Below are positions 48,261-57,297 of a stretch of DNA of 64,000 nt, one piece after another; the stretch's first letter is position 1; the number at the start of each line of letters is the position of its first letter. The position numbers were made by a program, and so were the translations under genes. Origin of the DNA: a virus; IMG/VR virus record IMGVR_UViG_3300033994_001756, positions 32,001-96,000 of that record. The stretch is one strand, 5' to 3'. A model generated the notes under the pieces. The model ran no database searches. It was not told the origin of the DNA and saw only the letters and a program-made list of their open reading frames with translations.

Positions 48261-49301
48261 ATGAGTTTCTTAAATAGTGTAATTAAAGAACTGGACAATG
48301 AGTATGCAGGAATCGTCGAAGATGGAGTCGCCGCAGGAGATTGCGGTGGCTTTGTTGACACTGGGAGCTATATCTTTAATGCTCTCCTTAGTGGTAGTAT
48401 TTTTGGGGGGCTACCTAACAACAAGATTACAGCTCTCGCTGGTGAGTCATCTACTGGAAAAACTTTCTTTGCTCTGTCAATCGTTAAATACTTCCTTCAA
48501 CAAAATCCTAATGGAGAAGTAATTTACTTTGAAACTGAGTCTGCTATCACAAAAGATATGATGACTAGTCGTGGCATTGATGCCAAGCGAGTTGGTCTAG
48601 TCCCAGTATCTACTGTGCAGGAGTTTCGTACTCAGTCAATCAAAGTAGTTGATGAGTACATGAAACTTAAGAAGGATGAGCGCCCACCCCTCATGTTTGT
48701 GCTAGACTCTCTTGGAATGCTTGCCACCACCAAGGAGATTGAGGACGCCTCTGCGGGCAAGGAGACCCGTGATATGACCCGTTCGCAGGTCATCAAGTCT
48801 GTGTTCCGTATCCTGTCTCTGAAGCTTGGCACAGCGGGCATTCCGATGATCGTGACCAACCACACCTATGATGTGATTGGATCATACATGCCAACCAAAG
48901 AAATGGGTGGTGGATCTGGTCTTAAATATGCTGCTTCAACCATCGTTTACCTTTCTAAATCAAAGGAGAAAGATGGAACTGAAGTAGTAGGAAACATCAT
49001 CAAATGTAAAGCATTCAAGTCTAGGTTCACAAAGGAAAATTCACTAATCGAAACGAGGTTGTTCTATGATGAGCGTGGACTTGACAAATACTATGGATTA
49101 CTGGAACTGGGTGAGAAGTACGGAATCTTCATTAAGTCTGGGGGTCGTTATGAAATTAATGGGGGCAAGTTTTATGCTAAGGCTATTCTTTCAGAGCCTG
49201 AGAAATTCTTCACTCCCGAAGTGATGGAAGCACTTGACGAATGTGCCAAGAAGGAGTATAGTTATGGTACAGTGGACACCCTTGATGGAGATGATGCTTG
49301 A
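48261..49301 (+). CDS. uvsX: RecA-like recombinase UvsX
   Basis: [18 protein letters not shown] and [12 protein letters not shown] motifs. Confidence 0.97.
   Translation: MSFLNSVIKELDNEYAGIVEDGVAAGDCGGFVDTGSYIFNALLSGSIFGGLPNNKITALAGESSTGKTFFALSIVKYFLQQNPNGEVIYFETESAITKDMMTSRGIDAKRVGLVPVSTVQEFRTQSIKVVDEYMKLKKDERPPLMFVLDSLGMLATTKEIEDASAGKETRDMTRSQVIKSVFRILSLKLGTAGIPMIVTNHTYDVIGSYMPTKEMGGGSGLKYAASTIVYLSKSKEKDGTEVVGNIIKCKAFKSRFTKENSLIETRLFYDERGLDKYYGLLELGEKYGIFIKSGGRYEINGGKFYAKAILSEPEKFFTPEVMEALDECAKKEYSYGTVDTLDGDDA
49234..49262 (+). promoter_or_regulatory. Possible sigma70-type promoter for gp41 (inside uvsX)
   Basis: TTGACG-N17-TATAGT. Confidence 0.5.
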
Positions 49302-50680
49302 TGGATCGAATTGAATCTAAAATTCTTTCAAATTTAATTTATGATGAAACATACACACGAAAAGTAATTCCCTTCATTAAAGAAACATATTTTGAACTCC
49401 TTCCAGAAAAAGTTGTATTCCAGGAGATTCAGAAGTATGTTATGAAATATGATGATATTCCATCTCAGTCAGTATTGAAGATTGAGATTGAGAATAGAAA
49501 AGATATTTCGGATGATGCTTTTCAAACTTCAGTCAATTTAGTAAATGATTTGAAGGAAGAAAAATTCGATGATCAATGGCTATTAGATACCACTGAAAAG
49601 TGGTGTAAGGACAGAGCCATTTATTTGGCTCTACTAGACTCAGTTAAAATTGCAGACGGAAAGGACAAGACTAGAAGCAAGGATTCAATCCCTTCTATCC
49701 TTTCCGATGCACTTGCAGTTTCATTTGATGACCACATTGGTCACGACTACATTTCAGATTCACAATCCCGATATGATTTCTATCACAAAAAAGAAGACAA
49801 AATTCCATTCGACCTTGAGCTATTCAACAAAATTACAAAAGGTGGCCTCCCTAACAAGACTCTCAATGTCGCTCTTGCTGGTACGGGTGTCGGCAAAAGT
49901 TTATTCATGTGCCACATGGCTAGCTCCATCCTCTTGCAGGGGCGCAATGTTCTCTACATTACACTTGAAATGGCAGAGGAAAGGATTGCTGAACGAATTG
50001 ATGCGAATCTCTTGAATGTAAATATTCAAGACATCACCAATCTACCTAAAGCTACATATGAATCTAAACTAGCAAAGATATCAGAAAAGACTAGAGGTAA
50101 ATTAATCATCAAGGAATATCCTACTGCTTCCGCACATGTGGGACATTTCAAAGCATTGCTAACTGATCTAGCTTTAAAGAAAGGATTCAAGCCAGATATG
50201 ATTTTCATTGACTATCTAAATATCTGTGCTTCTTCACGATACAAAGGAACTATTGTAAACTCCTACACTTACGTCAAAGCTATTGCTGAGGAGTTACGTG
50301 GACTTGCGGTAGAATGCAATGTTCCGATTGTATCTGCCACTCAAACTACTCGATCAGGTTATGGTAACTCTGACGTTGAGCTTACTGATACATCTGAATC
50401 ATTTGGTCTTCCCGCTACTGCTGATTTTATGTTTGCTCTTATCAGCACCGAAGAGCTTGAGAATCTAAATCAGATCATGGTCAAGCAGTTGAAGAATCGT
50501 TACAATGACCCCACTGCCTTCAAGAGATTCGTGGTGGGTATTGACAGGGCGAAGATGAAGCTGTATAATGTGGAGGACAGTGCTCAGCGAACCCTGATCC
50601 AAAGTGGTCAGCCAACTGAAGATGAGTACGAATCTAAATTTACTAAATCACAACGATCATTTGAAGGTTTTAAAGTATGA
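49301..50680 (+). CDS. gp41: Replicative helicase gp41
   Basis: AGTGVGKS, ITLEM, IDYL, SATQTTR, SESFGLP and KQLKNRY motifs; ATG overlaps the uvsX TGA. Confidence 0.97.
   Translation: MDRIESKILSNLIYDETYTRKVIPFIKETYFELLPEKVVFQEIQKYVMKYDDIPSQSVLKIEIENRKDISDDAFQTSVNLVNDLKEEKFDDQWLLDTTEKWCKDRAIYLALLDSVKIADGKDKTRSKDSIPSILSDALAVSFDDHIGHDYISDSQSRYDFYHKKEDKIPFDLELFNKITKGGLPNKTLNVALAGTGVGKSLFMCHMASSILLQGRNVLYITLEMAEERIAERIDANLLNVNIQDITNLPKATYESKLAKISEKTRGKLIIKEYPTASAHVGHFKALLTDLALKKGFKPDMIFIDYLNICASSRYKGTIVNSYTYVKAIAEELRGLAVECNVPIVSATQTTRSGYGNSDVELTDTSESFGLPATADFMFALISTEELENLNQIMVKQLKNRYNDPTAFKRFVVGIDRAKMKLYNVEDSAQRTLIQSGQPTEDEYESKFTKSQRSFEGFKV
50541..50569 (+). promoter_or_regulatory. Consensus sigma70 promoter inside the gp41 3' end, driving mazG
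   Basis: TTGACA-N17-TATAAT. Confidence 0.8.
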
Positions 50681-51117
50681 CAAAAAAACTAATTAGTCTC
50701 GACGCATACCAAAATTTTGTTGGCGATACTACTAGTATTGCATCTAGCAATCCAGAAGAATTTGTTAATCGGGTAACTGAACTGGAACGCAAGGTGCCTG
50801 AAGACCACGTAAATGGTGTTGGCGTTGACTTGAACCGACTTCTCACTGCTGCAATTGGTCTTACTGCTGAAGGTGGTGAGTTTGCAGAAATTGCAAAGAA
50901 GATTGCATTCCAAGGTAAGCCATATAACGAACAATCTCGTACACATATGATTAAAGAGATGGGAGACGTGATGTGGTATATTGCTCAAGGTTGTATTGCT
51001 CTAGGTACTAATATTGAAGAAGTCTTAGAAACTAATGTAGAAAAACTAACTGCTCGTTATCCTGAAGGAGCATTCCGAGTATTCCATTCCGAAAACCGTA
51101 AAGAAGGAGACATCTGA
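50677..51117 (+). CDS. mazG: MazG-like nucleotide pyrophosphohydrolase
   Basis: GLTAEGGEFAEIAKK, KEMGDVMWY and NVEKLTARYP motifs. Confidence 0.93.
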   Translation: MTKKLISLDAYQNFVGDTTSIASSNPEEFVNRVTELERKVPEDHVNGVGVDLNRLLTAAIGLTAEGGEFAEIAKKIAFQGKPYNEQSRTHMIKEMGDVMWYIAQGCIALGTNIEEVLETNVEKLTARYPEGAFRVFHSENRKEGDI

Positions 51118-51530
51118 TGAACAATAATGATTGCCTAAAAGATGTATTTGGCAAGAACTCTACAATGATTTTGTCTGATGTAGAAAAACTACGATCTATT
51201 GGGCAGTCATTTAACTTCACAGTTTCTCAGCATAAGATGTTCATGATTGCTCTTAGAAACGCAGAGAATTCAATCAAGAAAAACTCTGCGTTTCTAAATT
51301 TTATTTTCAAGAATCAGACGTTTTATTTGTTTGTAATATTCAAATCATTTATACAAACGCCAGGAAATTTAGATACATTTGAAGAGTATTATTCCAAAGC
51401 TACTCGCAATAATAAAAATGCAAAGTATGGATTGGACTTCTTCAAATTGTATCAGCAAAACTTTGAAGAGATTTATAGACTAGCAAAGTATTTGACCACC
51501 GCTAAATCCATTGTAAGAACTAAGTTTTAA
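51117..51530 (+). CDS. Hypothetical protein (137 aa)
   Basis: TGATG coupling to mazG and an AGGAG SD; no recognisable motif. Confidence 0.65.
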   Translation: MNNNDCLKDVFGKNSTMILSDVEKLRSIGQSFNFTVSQHKMFMIALRNAENSIKKNSAFLNFIFKNQTFYLFVIFKSFIQTPGNLDTFEEYYSKATRNNKNAKYGLDFFKLYQQNFEEIYRLAKYLTTAKSIVRTKF

Positions 51531-51562
51531 CCTAAATAATAGATGTAGAACTTTTGTTTTTG

Positions 51563-52756
51563 ATGAAAACTTTTAGGCAATTTATAACAGAAGCACGAAC
51601 TCCTGCGGGAAAGGAAGCGGAGAAAAAAGGTCTTGCCCATGCAGGAAAAGGATATTACACTGACGCTAAGGGAAACGTTGTAGCCAAGAGTGAAAAGGGT
51701 GGACAGAAGCTAGTACCTATTTCAAAGGAAGATAAGAAGAAGTTAAAAGATGGTAAACCTCTTATGGGACCATCTTCTGTTGCAGACATGCAAAACATGT
51801 CTCAACCACCACAACCCCAGTCACAATCACCAGAAACCACTGCAGAACAACCTCCAGAGCAACTTGAGCCTGGTGATGGTCCTGCAGTGGTTATTACTTT
51901 TGGAAGATTTAATCCCCCTTCAATTGGGCATGAAAACCTCATCAATGCGGTTCAGGAACAGGCAGAAGAACTGGAAGCAGAGTATAGAATTTATCCAAGT
52001 AGAACATCAGATAAAAAGCAGAATCCGTTAGACTTCAAAACCAAGTATAATATTCTCCAGCATGTATTCACCGATCATGCAGAGAATATTATCAATGATC
52101 CCGAAAATGGAGATAATATTTACGACATTCTGACTTCACTGCATGATGAAGGATATCACCATGTAGTCATTATGTGCGGTGACGAAAATGTTCAAAAGTA
52201 TGAAAAGATTGCACAAAAATATAATGGTACAGTTTACGATTTCTATGGAGTAGAAGTTGTTGGTGCTGGAATGCCAGATCCAGATAATGATAAATCTGAA
52301 GGCATTACAAGTTCTATGATGCGTAAGTCAGCACTTGAAAATGATTACGAGACATTCAAGCAAGGTCTTCCCGGCAATGTAAGTAAAAAGGAATGCCGTG
52401 CAATCTATAGTCAAGTTCGTAAGTCTATGAGTTTGAAGGAAGAACTTTGGATGATCGCTCCAAATCTAGATAGTAGCAATCTTCGTGAAGAATACTATCA
52501 AGGTAATATTTACAATCTCGGTGAGCATGTAATAGATTCAGTTACTGGCATATCTGGAAAGATTGTTACCAGAGGATCTAACTATGTAATCTTTGTAGAT
52601 GAGCAAAAGAAAATTCACCGTACATGGATTAAAGATCTAAGCTATCATCCAGGTCCACTTGAAATTGGAACTGATGATTACAGAGAATATCTACAACGAA
52701 TGCATCCTACCGAGCCAGTTAAGTCATTTACTAAAGGTAAGCGAAAAGATAAATAA
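51563..52756 (+). CDS. Cytidylyltransferase-like (HxGH-class nucleotidyltransferase) late protein
   Basis: TFGRFNPPSIGH, KKQNPL and ITSSMMR motifs; N-terminus MKTFRQFITE; late box CTAAATA at 51532-51538. Confidence 0.85.
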   Translation: MKTFRQFITEARTPAGKEAEKKGLAHAGKGYYTDAKGNVVAKSEKGGQKLVPISKEDKKKLKDGKPLMGPSSVADMQNMSQPPQPQSQSPETTAEQPPEQLEPGDGPAVVITFGRFNPPSIGHENLINAVQEQAEELEAEYRIYPSRTSDKKQNPLDFKTKYNILQHVFTDHAENIINDPENGDNIYDILTSLHDEGYHHVVIMCGDENVQKYEKIAQKYNGTVYDFYGVEVVGAGMPDPDNDKSEGITSSMMRKSALENDYETFKQGLPGNVSKKECRAIYSQVRKSMSLKEELWMIAPNLDSSNLREEYYQGNIYNLGEHVIDSVTGISGKIVTRGSNYVIFVDEQKKIHRTWIKDLSYHPGPLEIGTDDYREYLQRMHPTEPVKSFTKGKRKDK

Positions 52757-52787
52757 TAATAAATAGAACTTCAATAACGTACAGAAT

Positions 52788-55103
52788 ATGGATTTATCTA
52801 TTGTCTCACAGTTCATGTCACTAACTCCTGACATGATGTATAAGGCTACAAAGATGGTTGAAACTGTTCAATCATATTTTCCAGGTGATGTGGAATCTCA
52901 AGAGGAGTATCTAAAAGAAAATCTAATTGATCAAACTCTTGAGTATGCTTTAACTCTTCTTGAAGATAAAAAGGTTAGAGATTACATGGGTACATCAGTG
53001 TACACCAATGGAACTACTTTTAGTGCTCCAACTCTAGCACTTTATAATGTTCCTTCTCTGCCAGAAATGAAGAAGCGCATTCAGGCTAAGCTAAATGCAA
53101 GAGGTAATAATGCAAATGTACGTAGGGAAGAAGTTGAAATTATTGATGAAAAGCTAAAAGGTCTCAAGTTCAATGGTGAGAATCCTTGGTGGGATAGTGA
53201 TGGCGATGGCAAGCCATATGAGCCAGGTGATGATGTACGTAAGACTAGAAAAGCACGTAAGACTAGAAAGGAATCTGTAGATTATGTAGCGGATCTTTGG
53301 AGAAATAGACATTCTGATGATCAGTTAGATGAAGTAAAAGGATATGGTGGACATGTTGATCCAAAGACTGGAAAATCATCTGGCCTAAGATCACCTTCTC
53401 AGCAAGCACATACACAATATTGGGATAATGTAAGACGTGGAAAACAAGCACCTGATCCTAGAAGATCCAAGTTTTATTCTGGTGGATCAAAGGGATCGAC
53501 AACTGGTGCTCAACAAGGTGAACCACCAGAATATTTTGCGAAAAACCAAAATCCTGATCTTGCAACTACTCCTGCAAATAGAATGCGAGCAAGAGCAACT
53601 TCATTAGCAGCAAAAGGTAAGACCAAACAGGCAAATAAAATTCGTTCTGTTATGAATCGTCCAAACATGGGCGAAGAGTTTACCGTTGAAGCAAAAAATA
53701 AAGAAGGTAAAGAGCAAGGTCTTGATGGAAAAGCTTGCTGGAAAGGTTATAGAAGAGCTGGCACTAAAATGAAGGGTGGTAAGCGTGTAGACAATTGTGT
53801 GAAAATGGAAGATGTAGATTTCGTTGCAGACTATCTAATTGCAGAGGGACTCAATGAATATGGCATTGATATCCTAATTGAAGAGATGGGTCTTGATGAT
53901 TTCTGTGATTTTGTAGATGAAATTTCATCTGAAGAGTTTCTTGTAGAATGGAGACGTGGTGCTGGTGGAACTAAAGTTCGTGGCTCAGGAATGTCCAAGA
54001 GTGGCAAGTCAATTGGTTCACTAAAGGGTGGTGCTAAAGCATCTGCTATTCGTGCAACTCCTGAACACAAATCAAGAAAGGCAGAAAGAGAAAGAGAGCC
54101 ATCAAAATCTTCTGGAATGAAGGATGCACTTCAGAGTCAGTCAAAAATTGCAAGGGCTAAGAAATCACAGCCAGCAACTAAATCAACCCCAACACAAACT
54201 AAAGAAAAGGCAAAAGGTGGTATTCTTGGAGCACTCAAAGCAAGGGCAGAAAAGGATATTGCATCTGTTGGTCAATCAGTACAAACATTAAGAAACGTAG
54301 GAGCAAGACGTGCTGCAGAAGTTCAAGCAACTTATCATGCGGTTAGGGAGAAGGGAAGACAAGCAGAAACATCTCCACAAGCAACTAGGGCAAGAAGACA
54401 AGCTACTGTTGCAGTTGGTAGAACAGCTCAGGCTACAGGTAGAAATGCAGTCAAAGCTGCAGGCGCTGCTGGAGCGGCTGCAGGACAAGCAGTAGCTGCC
54501 AGAAGATCTGGAGCAACTGTAGCTCAGGCTTTAGGTAGGGGTGTTGGAACCTTTGTTAAAAGAATGAAGAAGGAAGAGAGAGAACTTCTAACTCATTACT
54601 TCATCGAATCTGAAATTGCATTTAATTATGATGAAGTTCAGGAAATCTTTGAGACTCTAGATCAAGAGCACTTTGATTATTTCATGGAGCAAGCAATTCT
54701 CATGGTAGAAGAATCTGGTCCTTCTGCTCGTGAAATCATCGAAGAAACTCTTTATAATACTTTTGATATTGAAAGATTTCATTTCGCTGACTGGAGGCAG
54801 TTAACCGAAAAAAAGTCTGATGATGACGCAACTGGAAAGTTCGTCAATCTAACTCAGACAAATAGAACTGACAACACTCCTGGTGTAAGGGGTAAAAGAA
54901 AGGATGGTGTAATCATCAATCCTCAGGTTGATATGAGATGTGAAGAAGTTGAGAACATTGAAGAGAAAGCACCTCCAGGCGCTAAGTATAAAAGAATGGC
55001 TAAACATATTAAAGCTGGTTATGCAGAAGATGGACTAACCAAAAAAGAAAAGTCAATTGCATATGCAACTGCATGGAAAGCCAAAAACAGGAGTCGTAAA
55101 TAA
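52788..55103 (+). CDS. Large modular hypothetical late protein (putative internal head protein)
   Basis: Two ATAAATA boxes (52749 and 52759); alternating acidic and K/R/A/G-rich modules; ACWKGY..G.K.KGGK.VDNCV module. Confidence 0.75.
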   Translation: MDLSIVSQFMSLTPDMMYKATKMVETVQSYFPGDVESQEEYLKENLIDQTLEYALTLLEDKKVRDYMGTSVYTNGTTFSAPTLALYNVPSLPEMKKRIQAKLNARGNNANVRREEVEIIDEKLKGLKFNGENPWWDSDGDGKPYEPGDDVRKTRKARKTRKESVDYVADLWRNRHSDDQLDEVKGYGGHVDPKTGKSSGLRSPSQQAHTQYWDNVRRGKQAPDPRRSKFYSGGSKGSTTGAQQGEPPEYFAKNQNPDLATTPANRMRARATSLAAKGKTKQANKIRSVMNRPNMGEEFTVEAKNKEGKEQGLDGKACWKGYRRAGTKMKGGKRVDNCVKMEDVDFVADYLIAEGLNEYGIDILIEEMGLDDFCDFVDEISSEEFLVEWRRGAGGTKVRGSGMSKSGKSIGSLKGGAKASAIRATPEHKSRKAEREREPSKSSGMKDALQSQSKIARAKKSQPATKSTPTQTKEKAKGGILGALKARAEKDIASVGQSVQTLRNVGARRAAEVQATYHAVREKGRQAETSPQATRARRQATVAVGRTAQATGRNAVKAAGAAGAAAGQAVAARRSGATVAQALGRGVGTFVKRMKKEERELLTHYFIESEIAFNYDEVQEIFETLDQEHFDYFMEQAILMVEESGPSAREIIEETLYNTFDIERFHFADWRQLTEKKSDDDATGKFVNLTQTNRTDNTPGVRGKRKDGVIINPQVDMRCEEVENIEEKAPPGAKYKRMAKHIKAGYAEDGLTKKEKSIAYATAWKAKNRSRK

Positions 55104-55135
55104 TAAATATAGATGATCCATTATAGGAGAAAATC

Positions 55136-55309
55136 ATGGGAGTATTAGTAGACGTAGTTAAGCCACTACTCTTAGCTGCAATGAATAGTTGCCACACTAA
55201 GAGACTTGTTTGTGAACTACTTGATCGTTATGTAAATACCACTGATAATGATATTGATAATGTACTTGCTGCAACTGTAAGAACTGCACTTCTTAGAGAT
55301 TGTAAGTGA
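55136..55309 (+). CDS. Small hypothetical protein (57 aa, TDNDID motif; below the track cut-off)
   Basis: MGVLVDVVKPLLLAAMNSCHTKRLVCELLDRYVNTTDNDIDNVLAATVRTALLRDCK; AGGAGA SD; ATAAATA at 55103-55109. Confidence 0.8.
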   Translation: MGVLVDVVKPLLLAAMNSCHTKRLVCELLDRYVNTTDNDIDNVLAATVRTALLRDCK

Positions 55310-55458
55310 TTGAATGTTTACTTCTGAACTGGGGAGTAGAGTTAATTTTAATTCTACTCTTAGCAGGTTCAGAGTACTTAGGTAAAACAAAACGATTTAA
55401 AGAGAATACTATAATAGATTTTACTAAAAATACAATTAAACGTATGTTGGGGAGGTGA
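55306..55458 (+). CDS. Small single-TM protein, holin-like (50 aa; below the track cut-off)
   Basis: GTGA overlap with the upstream stop. MIECLLLNWGVELILILLLAGSEYLGKTKRFKENTIIDFTKNTIKRMLGR: hydrophobic N-terminal half and basic tail; ends in a terminator. Confidence 0.6.
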   Translation: MIECLLLNWGVELILILLLAGSEYLGKTKRFKENTIIDFTKNTIKRMLGR

Positions 55459-55471
55459 CTCCCCATTTTTT
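55448..55471 (+). terminator. Rho-independent terminator
   Basis: TGGGGAG-GTGA-CTCCCCA-T6, abutting the late promoter TATAAATA at 55471-55478. Confidence 0.85.
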
Positions 55472-55511
55472 ATAAATATTAATAGAATAAAAATTTCAAG
55501 AGGATTTTTAG

Positions 55512-56114
55512 ATGTCTTTATACGGAAGAACTGACTCTAACGCAAACAAGACCAAAGTTGAAAGAACTATTGCTCCTTCATCCCAGGCTAAAACTATTGT
55601 TTTTGTTGATGAAACTGAGGCTCGTTTAAACGAAAACCGTCAGCGTGGTATTGATGGTCCTGGCTGGTGGGCGTATTTTACCTATACTGATAATGCAGGG
55701 AATACTCGCCACAAGGCAGAGAAGCTAGTTGCACTTGGAAATCCAGATACTACTGAAACTCAGGCTGATGACGCTATTGTAGCTGACGTTGCATCTTCAG
55801 TAACAATTAATGTTGCATATCCACAGAATGCTACTACAACATCTGGCGGGGCAACATTTACTGTATCTGGACAAACTACTACCACTGGAACTCCAGGAAC
55901 TTTACTATACCAGTGGCAAATTCAAACCCCAACTGGTACTCGTTGGACCAACCTAACAAATACTGGAATTTACACTGGTTCTACCACTCATACCCTAACT
56001 TTAACTGGAGCAACATCTGCAGTTTCTGGAAGTAAGTATAGAGTAAAAATCACCTCTACTGGTGGTACTGAAGAAGTAATTTCTAGAACTGCCACACTAA
56101 CATTTGGAACCTGA
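55512..56114 (+). CDS. Putative virion decoration protein with a C-terminal Ig-like domain
   Basis: GIDGPGWW.Y.TYTD..G..RHKAE motif; Ig I-set-like LLYQWQ...TLTLTG....GSKYRV; follows a late promoter. Confidence 0.7.
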   Translation: MSLYGRTDSNANKTKVERTIAPSSQAKTIVFVDETEARLNENRQRGIDGPGWWAYFTYTDNAGNTRHKAEKLVALGNPDTTETQADDAIVADVASSVTINVAYPQNATTTSGGATFTVSGQTTTTGTPGTLLYQWQIQTPTGTRWTNLTNTGIYTGSTTHTLTLTGATSAVSGSKYRVKITSTGGTEEVISRTATLTFGT

Positions 56115-56120
56115 TAATAA

Positions 56121-56483
56121 ATGAGATTTAATGAGTTGAATGATGATAACTTTTTGTTATTTGCAATTAAACATTATGACAACCCAAATGCGATGACAAA
56201 AGATGATTTTCTTGAAGACCTGAAACGATTTAAGTATATCAAAAGATTACTTAAAAGATATGATAAAACAGGAATTCTGAAAACTCATCTTTTGTTAAAT
56301 CATATTATAGTTGTATATAATATTTTCGGTGACGCTGCGACCCCTTTATTGTTTTTCAAAATTGAAACTCAATATTGGACATATTTGAAGTCCTTTATAT
56401 TATTTTTAGATCGACTGGAACCAGACACTATTCCCCATATAAGTCCAGATAATTATTGTTTAGAAGAACTCAACAAGATATGA
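56121..56483 (+). CDS. Conserved T4-like phage hypothetical protein
   Basis: LNDDNFLLFAIKHYDNP, DLKRFKYIKRL and LLLNHIIV.YN.FG motifs. Confidence 0.8.
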   Translation: MRFNELNDDNFLLFAIKHYDNPNAMTKDDFLEDLKRFKYIKRLLKRYDKTGILKTHLLLNHIIVVYNIFGDAATPLLFFKIETQYWTYLKSFILFLDRLEPDTIPHISPDNYCLEELNKI

Positions 56484-56866
56484 ATTACAACGAAGAAGTT
56501 GCTGCTAATAGTGTTGGTGATGGATCAGCAGTATCAATCCCTCCAAGTGTTGAGCCACCTGGAATTCCTGCGTCTAAAAGAAAAAAGAGAAAAAAAGTAA
56601 ATGAACAAACATTATTTGAAAGTGGCGGTAAAGTAATTGACCAATTAAAGCAAATTGCATTAGCTGGCCAGCAAGGAGTTGTCATGTTTGATAATGGAGA
56701 GAAAGCTCAAGTTTCTCCTGATGGTGCAAATAAATTAGTTGACTTGTATCGAAACTTAAACGCTAGTAATAGAGTTAAAATGATTAAAACAATCAATTCA
56801 TCTTCTTCTGGATTTGAAAAGATTTCGACATTCGCATCCACTAGAGGTTCCCAACCAGCACAATAA
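56480..56866 (+). CDS. Hypothetical protein
   Basis: ATGA overlap with the upstream stop at 56480 is preferred to the track start 56456; NEEVAANSVG and LFES module boundaries. Confidence 0.7.
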   Translation: MNYNEEVAANSVGDGSAVSIPPSVEPPGIPASKRKKRKKVNEQTLFESGGKVIDQLKQIALAGQQGVVMFDNGEKAQVSPDGANKLVDLYRNLNASNRVKMIKTINSSSSGFEKISTFASTRGSQPAQ

Positions 56867-56880
56867 CCAATAGAGGTAGC

Positions 56881-57297
56881 ATGTTTCAGTCTCAAACTAC
56901 AGAAACTAAATTAGCTTTACTGGAAGAGAAGCTAAACATATACGAGCAAATGATGAGAAAGATTGAATCTGCAATAGAAAAGATTAGCGAGACTAGTCAA
57001 ACAATCAGTAAAATGTTGGCTATTCATGAAGAGAGACTAGAGCAAACATCTAAATCTGATGAAGTTATTATTAGTATGGTGCATGATATCAAAAAAAGTA
57101 ATACTGAAGAACATAAAAACGTTATTGAAAGAGTAGAAGAAGTAGAAAAAACAGTTGGAGATTTATTAAAGTTTAGGTGGCAGGTGGCCGCCATCTCAGG
57201 GGCAGTTGTCCTAGTGGTCGGCCTGGTGGTCCCATTCATTGACAACATGCTCGCAATGCCCTATAATGGAGGGACTGAGCAAACCACCAAAAAATGA
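56881..57297 (+). CDS. Coiled-coil protein with a C-terminal transmembrane helix
   Basis: KMLAIHEERL coiled coil, then KFRWQVAAISGAVVLVVGLVVPF; GAGGT SD. Confidence 0.75.
   Translation: MFQSQTTETKLALLEEKLNIYEQMMRKIESAIEKISETSQTISKMLAIHEERLEQTSKSDEVIISMVHDIKKSNTEEHKNVIERVEEVEKTVGDLLKFRWQVAAISGAVVLVVGLVVPFIDNMLAMPYNGGTEQTTKK
57239..57267 (+). promoter_or_regulatory. Consensus sigma70 promoter for primase-nrdAB
   Basis: TTGACA-N17-TATAAT inside the 3' end of the upstream ORF. Confidence 0.85.
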
